From contig JBNKUM010000085.1 of assembly GCA_050298595.1 (NCBI GenBank), forward strand, positions 32,001 to 96,000: a stretch of DNA of 64,000 bases, read 5' to 3'. Made by a program: the position numbers and the translations under genes. Source of the stretch: Gammaproteobacteria bacterium (lineage in GTDB: Bacteria; Pseudomonadota; Gammaproteobacteria; GCA-001735895). Below are positions 9,456 to 19,241 of this stretch, piece after piece. The stretch's first letter is position 1, and every line of letters begins with the position of its first letter. The notes under the pieces were generated by a model. That model worked only from the letters and a program-made list of their open reading frames with translations, was not told the DNA's origin and searched no databases.

Positions 9456-10765
9456 TACAGCCTCCTCAGGTATTGACGGCTCGCCATTGAAATGGATGGA
9501 CGAATCGATCTACCTGCTGACGTAGATACAGCCACTGGTTTTTCGATAAACACATCCACCTGACCAATCCTGACTTCTGCTGAACCCTGACTGATCCGCA
9601 CAGGGTTTCCTGGAGACTGTAAATCGGCATGTTGACTGGCCAGTTGATTAGCAACCATATTGGTGGTCTGGGCTGCCATCACCTGCATACCTGCTGTTTT
9701 ATCCGTTTGCTGTTGAACCTGTGAATCGAGATTATGTAGTCGTGCTTCGGTCACAGACTGCCTGGTTTCAGCTGACGGCATTTCTGATTGTGCTTTTTCC
9801 GCTAAGTGAAGATCAGGATTGCTCTGCACCTGCTGAGAGTCATGGTTACCAGTTTCTGTATACAGGGCTGTTGCGATATCTGGTGATACATTTTGCGCTG
9901 AGGTATCGGTCTCTTGCCCGCGACTGGAGTTCGTTTGCTGAGGATTGCTAGCTTCTGTATTAAGCCGACTATGCTTGAATTCAACTTCATTGAAGCTTTT
10001 GACAACAGAGTCCGTCGCCTTTAACTGGCTTTCATTCGACCCTGATGAAGTTACCTTTTCATCCGTGACCGACATTTTTGAAAATCCTGTATCGCTAGTA
10101 TCAAATGCTGACTCTCTAACCTCAGGCTGAATCGGGGTTTGTGTATTGCTGGACTGCTTAAGCTTTTTATCCTGCTTCTCCTGAATATATTTCCTGGCCC
10201 TGGCTGCTGGCATTTTTTGTGTAGGGAAATCAGTGGCTGGATCAGATGATAAATTCTTTTCTAATGACTGAGTCCGGACGCTGGATAAATCTGATGAATC
10301 CGCATTTATTTCACCCGGCTTCATTGAGACGCTGGGCAAATATGATTTAGATTGCGGAAAATCCTGATTGCGCTGAACCGGGGATGTGAGTGAGACCGGT
10401 TTAGCTGCTTTTTCACTCTGCCTGGTAATCTGCTGAGGTAAAACATGTTTGGCCTGATAAACATGACTGTTGTTTTTTTCTGGCCGTGAAAGTCGCTCCG
10501 ATTTAATGGCTTGAGTATCCCGTAAGTTGCTTAATTGAGATGACCGATGATGTCTGTCCAGAACTGGAGTATTCGAAACAATTGGGCCGGTTTGACTCTG
10601 CCTGGGCAACAGGCTATCGCTCTGTCTGCCTGAAGATTTCGCTAACATGTTGTCAGACGAACTGGTGACTGGCATTGGTACAGAAACACTGGCTGGGCTC
10701 GTATACGAACGTTGTAGGGACTTTGCAGGGCGGGCATCAGCTATTACAGACTTCAGAAAACCCAT
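9455..10765 (-). CDS. Low-complexity S/Q/T-rich eCIS accessory protein
   Basis: 436 aa, disorder-like composition, short structured-looking C-terminus VRIGQVDVFIE...SRQYLRRL. Confidence 0.7.
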   Translation of the reverse strand: MGFLKSVIADARPAKSLQRSYTSPASVSVPMPVTSSSDNMLAKSSGRQSDSLLPRQSQTGPIVSNTPVLDRHHRSSQLSNLRDTQAIKSERLSRPEKNNSHVYQAKHVLPQQITRQSEKAAKPVSLTSPVQRNQDFPQSKSYLPSVSMKPGEINADSSDLSSVRTQSLEKNLSSDPATDFPTQKMPAARARKYIQEKQDKKLKQSSNTQTPIQPEVRESAFDTSDTGFSKMSVTDEKVTSSGSNESQLKATDSVVKSFNEVEFKHSRLNTEASNPQQTNSSRGQETDTSAQNVSPDIATALYTETGNHDSQQVQSNPDLHLAEKAQSEMPSAETRQSVTEARLHNLDSQVQQQTDKTAGMQVMAAQTTNMVANQLASQHADLQSPGNPVRISQGSAEVRIGQVDVFIEKPVAVSTSAGRSIRPSISMASRQYLRRL

Positions 10766-10769
10766 TGTA

Positions 10770-11594
10770 CTAACCTGCGCTACCGCTGTGCGAAGAGCGG
10801 CTTATCAGTTGCAAATAGCGTCGGCGTTTTGTACGCGGCAAATCGAGGATTTCAGCTTCACTCCAGTGGTAGTGACTGGCCAGGGTATGAATCTCGTCGT
10901 AAAAAAAGTATTCATCCAGACCAATATTGGCGTAGTGATCCAGTAAGGCGCTTTGTTCGGTATGACACTCAGGGCAGCTAACCAGCAGACGATCACAAAC
11001 TGCGGGGGCAACCTCATCCAGCGCTTCGTCAATGGCCTCGATTTCAGCCTCGTTCAGCAAGCGAGAAAAGTCTGCATGCGGTGACTCGCCATTTACCGAA
11101 CAGATACATTGCTGCAACAGGGTGAGTAAAGCTTCATCCTCTGATATTTGTGAGATAGCCTGCTGATCCTGTCCATTGGGCACCCTGGCTTTTATATCCC
11201 AGTTTTCCAGATGTAATGAAACCTCAGGAAAGCTGTCACCAGCCGCTTTAACAGGTAACTCACAACGCTGTAATTCGACATCAAACGGCTCTCCACAATG
11301 ACCACAATCTACCTTCAGCCACATTTGCTCCCCGCCGAGTAAGGCAGCTAGCCGTAGCATTAGATACTGGCGGTCAGCCACAGTTAGACGAGATACGATA
11401 TCGGCATCCACTGCTGATTCACCAATTGCATCCAGCACCTGAGAGAGCACGGCTGTTACATAGGCAGGTCGATCCAGATTCGCTGCGGACTCAATCAGCG
11501 ATTGCTCAATACGTCCAGTCAAAGGCCGAAATCTGGCATTACGTTGAATGCATCCACCCTGTAGCAGGCCACCGGGAAGCTGTACTTCCATCAT
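10770..11594 (-). CDS. Baseplate hub / tail assembly chaperone-like protein
   Basis: LTVADRQYLMLRL, two CxxC motifs (CGHC, CPEC), EIHTLASHYHWSEAEILDLP. Confidence 0.75.
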   Translation of the reverse strand: MMEVQLPGGLLQGGCIQRNARFRPLTGRIEQSLIESAANLDRPAYVTAVLSQVLDAIGESAVDADIVSRLTVADRQYLMLRLAALLGGEQMWLKVDCGHCGEPFDVELQRCELPVKAAGDSFPEVSLHLENWDIKARVPNGQDQQAISQISEDEALLTLLQQCICSVNGESPHADFSRLLNEAEIEAIDEALDEVAPAVCDRLLVSCPECHTEQSALLDHYANIGLDEYFFYDEIHTLASHYHWSEAEILDLPRTKRRRYLQLISRSSHSGSAG

Positions 11595-11612
11595 TTTCAG
11601 TGACTCCTGTCA

Positions 11613-12122
11613 TCAGGATTCACTGGGTTCAGAGACTGCTTCATCACGGTCCCAGCCTTCATGCTCTAGCTTGATGGTCTGTATACCAACAGTATTGGTG
11701 GTGCCTGCATCGAATTCCGGCAAGGCCTGATACTCTGACACCCAGGCACGTTTCACCTGATAACTCATCGCCACCACACCCTGCAAATTCAACACATTGA
11801 TAACAATATCCTTACGGAAATTAACCAGCGACATGGCAGCATCGCCGTCTATGTTGTTGACCAGATTGGCCCATTGCTCGAATACTGGGTCATGGGTGAG
11901 TCCCTGCTCCAGTGTAATGGCTTCGTATTTGGTACCACCAGGCAGTTTACGCACATGGGTGGGATCACCTCCGGTACGCCAGTCGACGGCTTCGGTGGTT
12001 TTTTTCAATGCGCCCATTTTCCTCAGGCCTGCCACGGGCTGACCATCAATAAGAACCTGGAATTTAAACGTGCGATAGGGATCGTGACGATGCGCATTCG
12101 CGGGAAAGAGTGGTGCAGCCAT
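11613..12122 (-). CDS. Phage tail tube protein (T4 gp19-like)
   Basis: DPYRTFKFQV, KLPGGTKYEAITLEQG, IKLEHEGW. Confidence 0.95.
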   Translation of the reverse strand: MAAPLFPANAHRHDPYRTFKFQVLIDGQPVAGLRKMGALKKTTEAVDWRTGGDPTHVRKLPGGTKYEAITLEQGLTHDPVFEQWANLVNNIDGDAAMSLVNFRKDIVINVLNLQGVVAMSYQVKRAWVSEYQALPEFDAGTTNTVGIQTIKLEHEGWDRDEAVSEPSES

Positions 12123-12134
12123 ATCAATTCTCCT

Positions 12135-14516
12135 TTATTGCAGGTTGACTTTTTGCTGTATACGGACGATGACGAATTCAGCGGGTTTGAGTGGCGCAAA
12201 GCCGACTATGACAATGACCTGGCCTGCATCTATGTCACCCTGTGTCATGGTGTCTCCAAGACCGCAGCGTACAAAATAGGCATCTGATGCCTTCTCCCCC
12301 TGAAATGCACCGGCACGAAAAAGGCCATTCATAAAATTGCCAATATTGGCTCGCAGAGAAGACCATAGCCGATGATCATTCGGTTCGAAAACGGCCCACT
12401 GAATACCATTGAAGATACTTTGCTCAATCATAATTGCGGTACGACGTACAGGAACATAACGCCATTCGGGATCGGCTTTGGTAGCCAGTGTACGTGCACC
12501 CCAGATCACCCTGCCACCGCCTGGCATATTCCTGAAACAGTTTACGCCCAATGGATTGAGCTGGTCCTGCTCTCCATCTTCCACCTTATATTTGAAATCA
12601 GCGACTCCGAGCAGGCCGGTACCCATCCCAGCTGGCGCCTTCCACACACCTCGCTTACCATCTATGCGTGACCACATACCTGCGGCAAATGATGAAGGTG
12701 CGACATCAATGGTCTTATCGGCCGTTGGATTTTTTTCAGCATGGTATAAGGGATTGGCAACCTTGACCCAGGGGTAGTACAACACCGAGTAGGTAGATGA
12801 TGGCAGGGCCAGTCCATTCACCGTTGCCGCCTGATCCAGTTCCAGTGATGGCGGTGGGTCAACGATTAGGACACGACTCTTAACCGCCTGACAATGAGCC
12901 AGTGACGCACTCAGAATAGCATTGCCACTACCATCAGAAGCCCAGTATTCGCCAGGATTTAGCAAGATACTGACGTCACGAACCTTGCGTAAAACACTGT
13001 CGTAAAAATCGGTAAAATCATTGGCTGTGGCATCATTTTCCTTGCCATCCAGTAATGCCACACCCTGCTCGTTGAGACCCAGTGTCTGTAGCGGTATTAC
13101 CCGGTAAGTACCCTGCGAGATAGAACGCCCCACCGTTGTTGCTGCACCGCTTGTAGTATCCAGTTTTAACACGCCCCCCAGTGATGCAGCATCTACCGAC
13201 AGATCTGACGTGCGAGCAGAAGCATTTCCGGATGTCATCCTGAACTTGCGATTCGCCAGTGTGCTATCGTACAGGTATTCACATTTGAAATCCTTGTAAG
13301 CAGCTATTGCAGGATTCAATGCCTGTACTGCATTCTGGATCGCTGCAGCAATATTTTCTCCGTCACTTTTATTATCACCAGAGAGATCGATATTCGTTGT
13401 ATCCAGAGTGATTGTTTCCGACCCATGCTTATCTATTTCGAACGTTAGTGTCATCTGGCCGGTTATATTGGTATCAAAATAGCTAGCATTAAAAGAACCT
13501 CCATGACCCAATAGCACCGCAGGTTGTTTTGAATCCATTCGTAATAAAGCTGCTAGCGTGCCATCGCTCACCTCTATCGAGGCCGTTGACTTTTCATCTT
13601 CATCGGATGGTTCAGCAGAACTCAACACAAACTTGTCTGTACTGAAAACACAGCTAAAGCCCTGATAAGCATCTTCGGTGCTCAGAGCTCGTACTGCCTT
13701 CTGGATTTCAGCTGCCAGAGAGGCTGCATCATCGGCATGGGCGGTACCGAGGAGAGGAGTTGTGAAATTTGATGGCGTTAGCGTTATAAGCTTTGCCCCC
13801 AGGCTATTGATATTCAGGGTCAGGGTAACAGGTCCAGTTATCGCTGCAGAATAATAGGTATTATCAGTAGCATCCAAAGCACCACCGCTCAAGCTAGCTG
13901 CCTGATATTGTTCATCCACAGAATCAGCAGGATCGGCAGATTCCTCCAGTGAAAGCTCTACATAACTGGAGTTACCGTTCACACGATCCAGCGCATAGTT
14001 ATCATCTCCAGCCCTCATGGTCAGCCCAGCAAAGCTTTCGTCACTGATAAACTGTCCTTTTTCCATATGACCAATTTCGAGATCGAAACTGAGTGAATCC
14101 TGATCCGCTTTAACGATTCGGTAGTACAGCTTATTGCCCCAGTCGCCTTTACTGGATGCAGAAATTCTGAGTACTGATTTTGCAGTCTGTGCTCCAGTTG
14201 TCCCCTGCAGGGTTCCCTGACCTTTAACCGCTGAGCTAGCTGCTGCTGATCCAGCACCGGCCAGCCGACAGATATAAGCAGTTTTACCACCATTCAGGTA
14301 AAATGCCTGCACGGCCAGACCCATAGCATCTTTTTCTGAAGCTATGTCGCCATATTCATTATTGTAATCATCGAAACTCTGGATCAGTCTGGCTTCACCA
14401 ACCGGTCCCTTAGTTGCCTTGCCAACAAAAGCTGCGACCGATGTCGCCACACCCTCTATTGGCCTTGACCCACTTGGAATTTCTTCTATATAAACACCAG
14501 GATGTAAATATGCCAT
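12135..14516 (-). CDS. Contractile tail sheath protein
   Basis: YLHPGVYIEE, RGVWKAPAG, WGARTL, YVPVRR, WAVFEPN, APLKPAEFV. Confidence 0.97.
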   Translation of the reverse strand: MAYLHPGVYIEEIPSGSRPIEGVATSVAAFVGKATKGPVGEARLIQSFDDYNNEYGDIASEKDAMGLAVQAFYLNGGKTAYICRLAGAGSAAASSAVKGQGTLQGTTGAQTAKSVLRISASSKGDWGNKLYYRIVKADQDSLSFDLEIGHMEKGQFISDESFAGLTMRAGDDNYALDRVNGNSSYVELSLEESADPADSVDEQYQAASLSGGALDATDNTYYSAAITGPVTLTLNINSLGAKLITLTPSNFTTPLLGTAHADDAASLAAEIQKAVRALSTEDAYQGFSCVFSTDKFVLSSAEPSDEDEKSTASIEVSDGTLAALLRMDSKQPAVLLGHGGSFNASYFDTNITGQMTLTFEIDKHGSETITLDTTNIDLSGDNKSDGENIAAAIQNAVQALNPAIAAYKDFKCEYLYDSTLANRKFRMTSGNASARTSDLSVDAASLGGVLKLDTTSGAATTVGRSISQGTYRVIPLQTLGLNEQGVALLDGKENDATANDFTDFYDSVLRKVRDVSILLNPGEYWASDGSGNAILSASLAHCQAVKSRVLIVDPPPSLELDQAATVNGLALPSSTYSVLYYPWVKVANPLYHAEKNPTADKTIDVAPSSFAAGMWSRIDGKRGVWKAPAGMGTGLLGVADFKYKVEDGEQDQLNPLGVNCFRNMPGGGRVIWGARTLATKADPEWRYVPVRRTAIMIEQSIFNGIQWAVFEPNDHRLWSSLRANIGNFMNGLFRAGAFQGEKASDAYFVRCGLGDTMTQGDIDAGQVIVIVGFAPLKPAEFVIVRIQQKVNLQ

Positions 14517-14636
14517 TTTGATCCTCCAGACCAGATCTAGTTATTTAGCTAACAAAAATTCATTTATTCCATACTTGTTTCAAAGTGATCCGTCACATGT
14601 AATACAACATACTCCTGTTCGATTTACTCTTTACTC

Positions 14637-14885
14637 TTAACCCTTTTCCGGTTTCAATGCCTCTTTCAGGCTATAAAAAGTCTCCCGGTTTGGATTAATA
14701 TTTTTTGAAACCTTACCTTGCTCGGCCAGTTGTTCGAGTGCCTGTTCTACCAGGTTTTTATTTTTCATAATCGATTGCTGCATCAGCCACCAATGCATAA
14801 CGCCTTCCAGTGAGTCAGACGCCATGGGTCGCTTTTGTAGATACTCCATTATTTCTGCAGCGATTGTGTTTACATCATCATCCAT
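14637..14885 (-). CDS. Small winged-helix-like protein heading the eCIS operon
   Basis: IMEYLQKRPMASDSLEGVMHWW...ALEQLAEQGKV; first ORF after the sigma54 promoter. Confidence 0.7.
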   Translation of the reverse strand: MDDDVNTIAAEIMEYLQKRPMASDSLEGVMHWWLMQQSIMKNKNLVEQALEQLAEQGKVSKNINPNRETFYSLKEALKPEKG

Positions 14886-14925
14886 AAACTCGACACATAA
14901 CCTTTAGTTAACAGGGTCTCTACAA

Positions 14926-14941
14926 TGCATCAGATGTGCCA
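14926..14941 (-). promoter_or_regulatory. sigma54 (-24/-12) promoter of the eCIS operon
   Basis: Minus strand TGGCACATCTGATGCA = GG-N10-GC, 40 bp upstream of the first ORF. Confidence 0.78.
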
Positions 14942-15028
14942 TATTCCATATTTTTAAATAAATGGTTTAAAACACATTGATAAAGGGGTTCCTGTAGTCA
15001 TAGTGAACTCAAAGAAGAATCCTTAATC

Positions 15029-15046
15029 TGAGGCAAAAAAGCCTCA
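15029..15046. promoter_or_regulatory. Putative upstream activator sequence 1
   Basis: Palindrome TGAGGC-AAAAAA-GCCTCA about 90-105 bp upstream of the -24 box. Confidence 0.6.
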
Positions 15047-15114
15047 CTATAAATTGAAGTACGAGTTAACAGGCTGATGGAGCGAGTTTTATTGCTACCG
15101 ATATTTATTCTTGT

Positions 15115-15132
15115 TAGGGCAAAATAACCTCA
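15115..15132. promoter_or_regulatory. Putative upstream activator sequence 2
   Basis: TAGGGC-AAAATA-ACCTCA, a degenerate copy of UAS1. Confidence 0.5.
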
Positions 15133-15151
15133 CCACCCGGCACCAAAGTGC

Positions 15152-15176
15152 AAAAAAAATCGGCGTAACGCCGATT
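15152..15176 (-). terminator. Intrinsic terminator of the sigma54 activator gene
   Basis: Minus strand AATCGGCG-TTA-CGCCGATT followed by a T run. Confidence 0.75.
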
Positions 15177-15201
15177 GATATCCAGAACATGGAAAGTTAG
15201 T

Positions 15202-16614
15202 TTATTTTGATATTTCTACATGACCAACATGAGCCTTAGCAGCTGTTAATAACCCATATTTTTCCATCAGCCGAGTAAACGATCTACGCTCTTTACCGGC
15301 AATACGAGCGGCTTCAGAGATGTTACCCTTAGCCTTATCCAATACACTAACCAGATAACGTTGTTCAAAATCTTCGATAACACAGGACTTGGCCTCTACC
15401 ATAGGTTGAGACATCAATCTATGCAGACGGCGGTCTCCATTAAAAGCTCGTCTTTCACGCTTTCTGGTTTCCAGCTCATCAATATAGATATATTTCCCTT
15501 CCGCCATCAAAAACTCTCGATGTAGCGTATTCTCAAGCTCTCTTACATTGCCTGGCCAGTCATGGTATCTAAGTGCCTCCAGCGAACCAGGGTGTAGTGT
15601 TCTCTCTGGCTGATCATACTGAAACTGCAATTGACGAATAAAATGTTCTGCCAGTAACTGGATATCCCCACTGCGCTCTCTTAGCGGTGGTAACAGAATA
15701 TTAATCAGGTTGATTCGATAGAAAAGGTCTTTACGGAACTCACCTTGTTCAACCATCTCTGCAATGTTTTCATTGGTTGCCGTAATAATCCGTACATTGG
15801 CTTTTTTAGCGGCTTTACTACCCAGGGGGCGGTATATCAGGTTTTCCAGAAATCGTAACAATACTACCTGCCCTCTAGCTGACAGGGTTTCAATTTCATC
15901 CAGGAATAAGGTGCCGCCATCGGCCTGACATATTAAACCGTTGCTACTTGCTGACGCATCGGTAAAAGCACCCTTCTCATGTCCAAACAACTCATTTTCA
16001 ATTAACTGGTCGGGTAATGCGCCACAGTTAGTAGCAATAAAGGGCTGATCTTTTCTGGTGCCCAGATAATGAATCGCACGCGCAACTAGCTCCTTACCGG
16101 TTCCAGTTTCACCATCGATATAAACAGGTGCATCACAGTGCATAATTTTATGTATTTTTTTAAGTACCTGCTGGAACCCTGGTGAATTTCCGATCAGTTT
16201 CATTTGTCTGAAAATATTGACATCAACTGCTTCGCTGGAAAAATCTCGATATATCAATTTACCCAGCCGATAATCCAGTTCGTTGGTTTCACAGGGAAAG
16301 GTCTCGATTTCATTACAGGCTTTGACTATTTCAGGAATGAACAGCGGGGTTTTCTCTGCAAATAACCCTAATACTGGTATGGCAGGATCCAGTTTTAAAA
16401 TATCAATAGTGTCTGATTTACACTGGTTTTTTTCAGTAAAGAGCAGTATAAGCGCTATTATGCTACCTTCACTCATTAACTTATCCAGTAGTATGCGATT
16501 TTTTACAAGATGAATATTCAGGTATCCGGCATGCTCCAGCATCAAAGAGAGTTGCTTGTCGTCTGCTGAGCTGGCGTTTGAATAAATGATTATTTTTTCT
16601 GCCTGACTTTCCAT
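15202..16614 (-). CDS. sigma54-dependent enhancer-binding protein (Fis family) with degenerate receiver-like N-terminus
   Basis: GETGTGKE, ELFGHEKGAFTDA, TLFLDEI, FRKDLFYR, WPGNVRELEN, C-terminal GNISEAARIAG HTH. Confidence 0.93.
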   Translation of the reverse strand: MESQAEKIIIYSNASSADDKQLSLMLEHAGYLNIHLVKNRILLDKLMSEGSIIALILLFTEKNQCKSDTIDILKLDPAIPVLGLFAEKTPLFIPEIVKACNEIETFPCETNELDYRLGKLIYRDFSSEAVDVNIFRQMKLIGNSPGFQQVLKKIHKIMHCDAPVYIDGETGTGKELVARAIHYLGTRKDQPFIATNCGALPDQLIENELFGHEKGAFTDASASSNGLICQADGGTLFLDEIETLSARGQVVLLRFLENLIYRPLGSKAAKKANVRIITATNENIAEMVEQGEFRKDLFYRINLINILLPPLRERSGDIQLLAEHFIRQLQFQYDQPERTLHPGSLEALRYHDWPGNVRELENTLHREFLMAEGKYIYIDELETRKRERRAFNGDRRLHRLMSQPMVEAKSCVIEDFEQRYLVSVLDKAKGNISEAARIAGKERRSFTRLMEKYGLLTAAKAHVGHVEISK

Positions 16615-17114
16615 AGTACTTCTCCGTTTTTATATAATAAATACTATGTGCCTTATCTCTCCTTTAAAACGACCTCTCTGGAACAAGCGAAATGTATGCA
16701 CAGACTATTGAGTCTAATCAAAATATATTTCTATTCAATTAAATTATGTATATTAAAACAACCTGGCTCATCAAAGCATTTTATAGACCCCAGTTTAAAC
16801 AGTATTTATTACCAGTTTTTTTCCCGATTAATAAAAGTACTCAAGTCAAAGAATTAATGAGCAAGGATTCACTAACAAGATCTATTAACCCGTCACAAGC
16901 TGAAATATTTCCCATTTAGTACAACCTTAATATCAGAGGTTCCGCTTAGATTTGGAGCCGCAGTAAGCAGACAGACAAATGATTTTTTATCTTGTACACA
17001 TGCTGACCAGTTTCGGATTAAAAACCAATTATCTCACACGCAACATTAATAAAGTAATAATGAAGAGCAGCAGAAAGACCAGGCATTTGATCAATATTAG
17101 AAATTGCTAAATCA

Positions 17115-17412
17115 AAGGTATCTGACCTGAAGGGTAAAGCGGTGGGTTACCCTGCCCCCACAGCACTGGCAGCGCCCCTGATGCCCCAATATTATCTTCA
17201 GACTCATGGTATTAACGTGATAGCCGAGCTGGGCAATAAATACATAGGCTCTAAGGAATCGTCAGTGATGAATGTTTTTTCTGGTAAATCTGCAGCTTCG
17301 GCTACCTGGCCACCACCCTGGAAAGCTCTGAGTAAAAAGCGCCCTGAACTGGCTGAGCAACTCCATGACTCCATGTGATCTGGCAAACAGAACCTTTGCT
17401 AAACAATGGCTT
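17115..17412 (+). pseudogene. Fragment of PhnD-like periplasmic binding protein
   Basis: SDLKGKAVGYPAPTALAA...ATWPPPW; 8-bp duplication at 17361-17376 shifts the frame before IWQTEPLLNNGL; no N-terminus. Confidence 0.7.
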
Positions 17413-17416
17413 AAAG

Positions 17417-18258
17417 GAAGGGTACTGGGCTATAGCGACAGGTCTTAAGTTGGTCACTATGTCAATGACGACATCAGCAAAAGCCTGTATAGCAAATCTT
17501 TTACCGAGCTACAGCCCGCGCACATCCTTATTAATGACGTGAGCATGATTGATGTTGCTGCCCCAGTTGTTTCTGGAGAAGAATTGATTGGCTGGGTACG
17601 AGTCGGGATCAGCCGCTCTGAAATGTCCAACAACCTTCAATACGTCACCATCAAAGGCTTGCTATATACCTTGATAGCGATATTGGTCGGAGCAGCCTTC
17701 GCCTGGGTGATTGCAAGAGGGTTAATCTCGTGTATCCAGCACATCATCAATCTCATGAAGTCACTCAAGCAGGGGGCAACGTGAAGTTAACTTCACGCTA
17801 AATAGACACGATGAGCTCGGCATTCTGAGCAGAGATATGACGGACGCTATTATTAAAGTAAATGCGCTGGATAAAGAGCTAAGCAATCTTTACGAGCGTA
17901 CACGAGTTACCTTACGTTCAACCTGAGGACAGCGTTTAATTTTATGGATCGACTGTTAAAGCTCAGCATGAGTTTCTCGCTGGATGATTTTGGTAGTGGC
18001 CTGTCTTCCTTCGCCTATCTTAAAAACATGCCGGTCTCGAGACTTAAGATAGATGGTAGTTTTGTGAGAGACATTACTACCGACTCAGTAGATGCAGCTA
18101 TGGTGCTGGCAATTGCACAGGTTAGCCAGAAAACTGGCATAAAAACCTTCGCTGAGTTTGTAGAAAATGAAGAGACATTACAATTACTGGAGGGCTATGA
18201 AGTGGACTTTGCTCAGGGTTATTATATTGAAAAACTGCACCCACTTAGTGATCTCTAA
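17417..18258 (+). pseudogene. Decayed membrane HAMP...EAL c-di-GMP signalling gene
   Basis: In-frame stop, frameshifted HAMP (RHDELGILSRD), then only the EAL C-terminal half (SLDDFGSGLSSFAYLK, LKIDGSFV, AEFVE, AQGY). Confidence 0.75.
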
Positions 18259-18380
18259 CCCATATAGCTATAAAATAAAACAACTGTTTTTAGTCTATAA
18301 ATCACGCTAGAATAAACTGCAGTCATTAATAGAACTATGGATCTGAAGTTGTATCAACACATCAATGATTATATTTTTAT

Positions 18381-18456
<76 letters not shown>

Positions 18457-18566
18457 TCTTTTCCCTGCCGTCGTAAACATCCGACATAAACAACACAAAC
18501 ACCCAGCCAAGCTCAAAGGCCGATCAATGTTGGAAGACGTCGTTCCTCCTTTTCCAACCGACAATT

Positions 18567-19241
18567 CTACTCAACATCGGTTTTTCTACATAACTTCACT
18601 GAGATTGAAATCAAATAAATCGTGAGCCCAAAAGCAGGGAATAATGCCGTCATGCTATCCATAGCAATATAAGTCAACATACTGAACAACAACCACAGTG
18701 CTGATAGCAGGGAAAACAATGCTGGCAGACCTAATAGCAACATAAAAGCAATTGTCATAAACGCTAAAGAATCTGGCGTAGCTGCAAACACGGATAGCTG
18801 ACTCCAGATGCGTCCGCTTAATAATTCAGTGCCGGGCTGAACTATTAGAGTCATCATCCATAATAAAACCCCCAGATAGAAAAAAACAGCATCCGTTTGG
18901 GTTTTATTCTCTGGGTAAGAAAACAGGCCTGCCCATAGAATGAGTAGCACCTGAATAAAAATTATCACAATAAAATAATCAACTAACCAGTTGATCGCTG
19001 AGTAAAACTGCCACATAAATCCGTAACTACAGATCAGCCATAAAGGCACTGTGCTAAGAAATAGAATACGGATTAAAGAGCTTTGTGGTCTTAACAGAGA
19101 ATATAAAAAAATTATACCGTACAGATAAAACAACCACTGCCATGGTGATAACCATTGATTGTAAAGTTCAAACTGGCGCAGATAACTCTGTTCAGAAAAC
19201 AATAACAGGTCAGACAGTCGGTAAGATAACCAGTCCTGCAT
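18567..19241 (-). CDS. Integral membrane protein (DUF6064-like)
   Basis: WLSYRLSDLLLFS..YLRQFELYN N-terminus, several TM segments; coupled to the AKR gene. Confidence 0.65.
   Translation of the reverse strand: MQDWLSYRLSDLLLFSEQSYLRQFELYNQWLSPWQWLFYLYGIIFLYSLLRPQSSLIRILFLSTVPLWLICSYGFMWQFYSAINWLVDYFIVIIFIQVLLILWAGLFSYPENKTQTDAVFFYLGVLLWMMTLIVQPGTELLSGRIWSQLSVFAATPDSLAFMTIAFMLLLGLPALFSLLSALWLLFSMLTYIAMDSMTALFPAFGLTIYLISISVKLCRKTDVE

Larger units (their letters stand above)
1..14885 (-). other. eCIS (Afp/PVC/MAC-like contractile injection system) operon, truncated at the left window edge
   Basis: Co-oriented, mostly overlapping sheath, tube, DUF4255, AAA+ ATPase, LysM, VgrG-like, gp25 and baseplate-J genes; no capsid, terminase or T6SS membrane complex in the visible part. 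Confidence 0.92.

Noticed and set aside
1-14516. Prophage or T6SS
   Set aside because: No head, terminase or integrase, and no TssJLM/ClpV; DUF4255 plus the Afp15-like ATPase indicate eCIS
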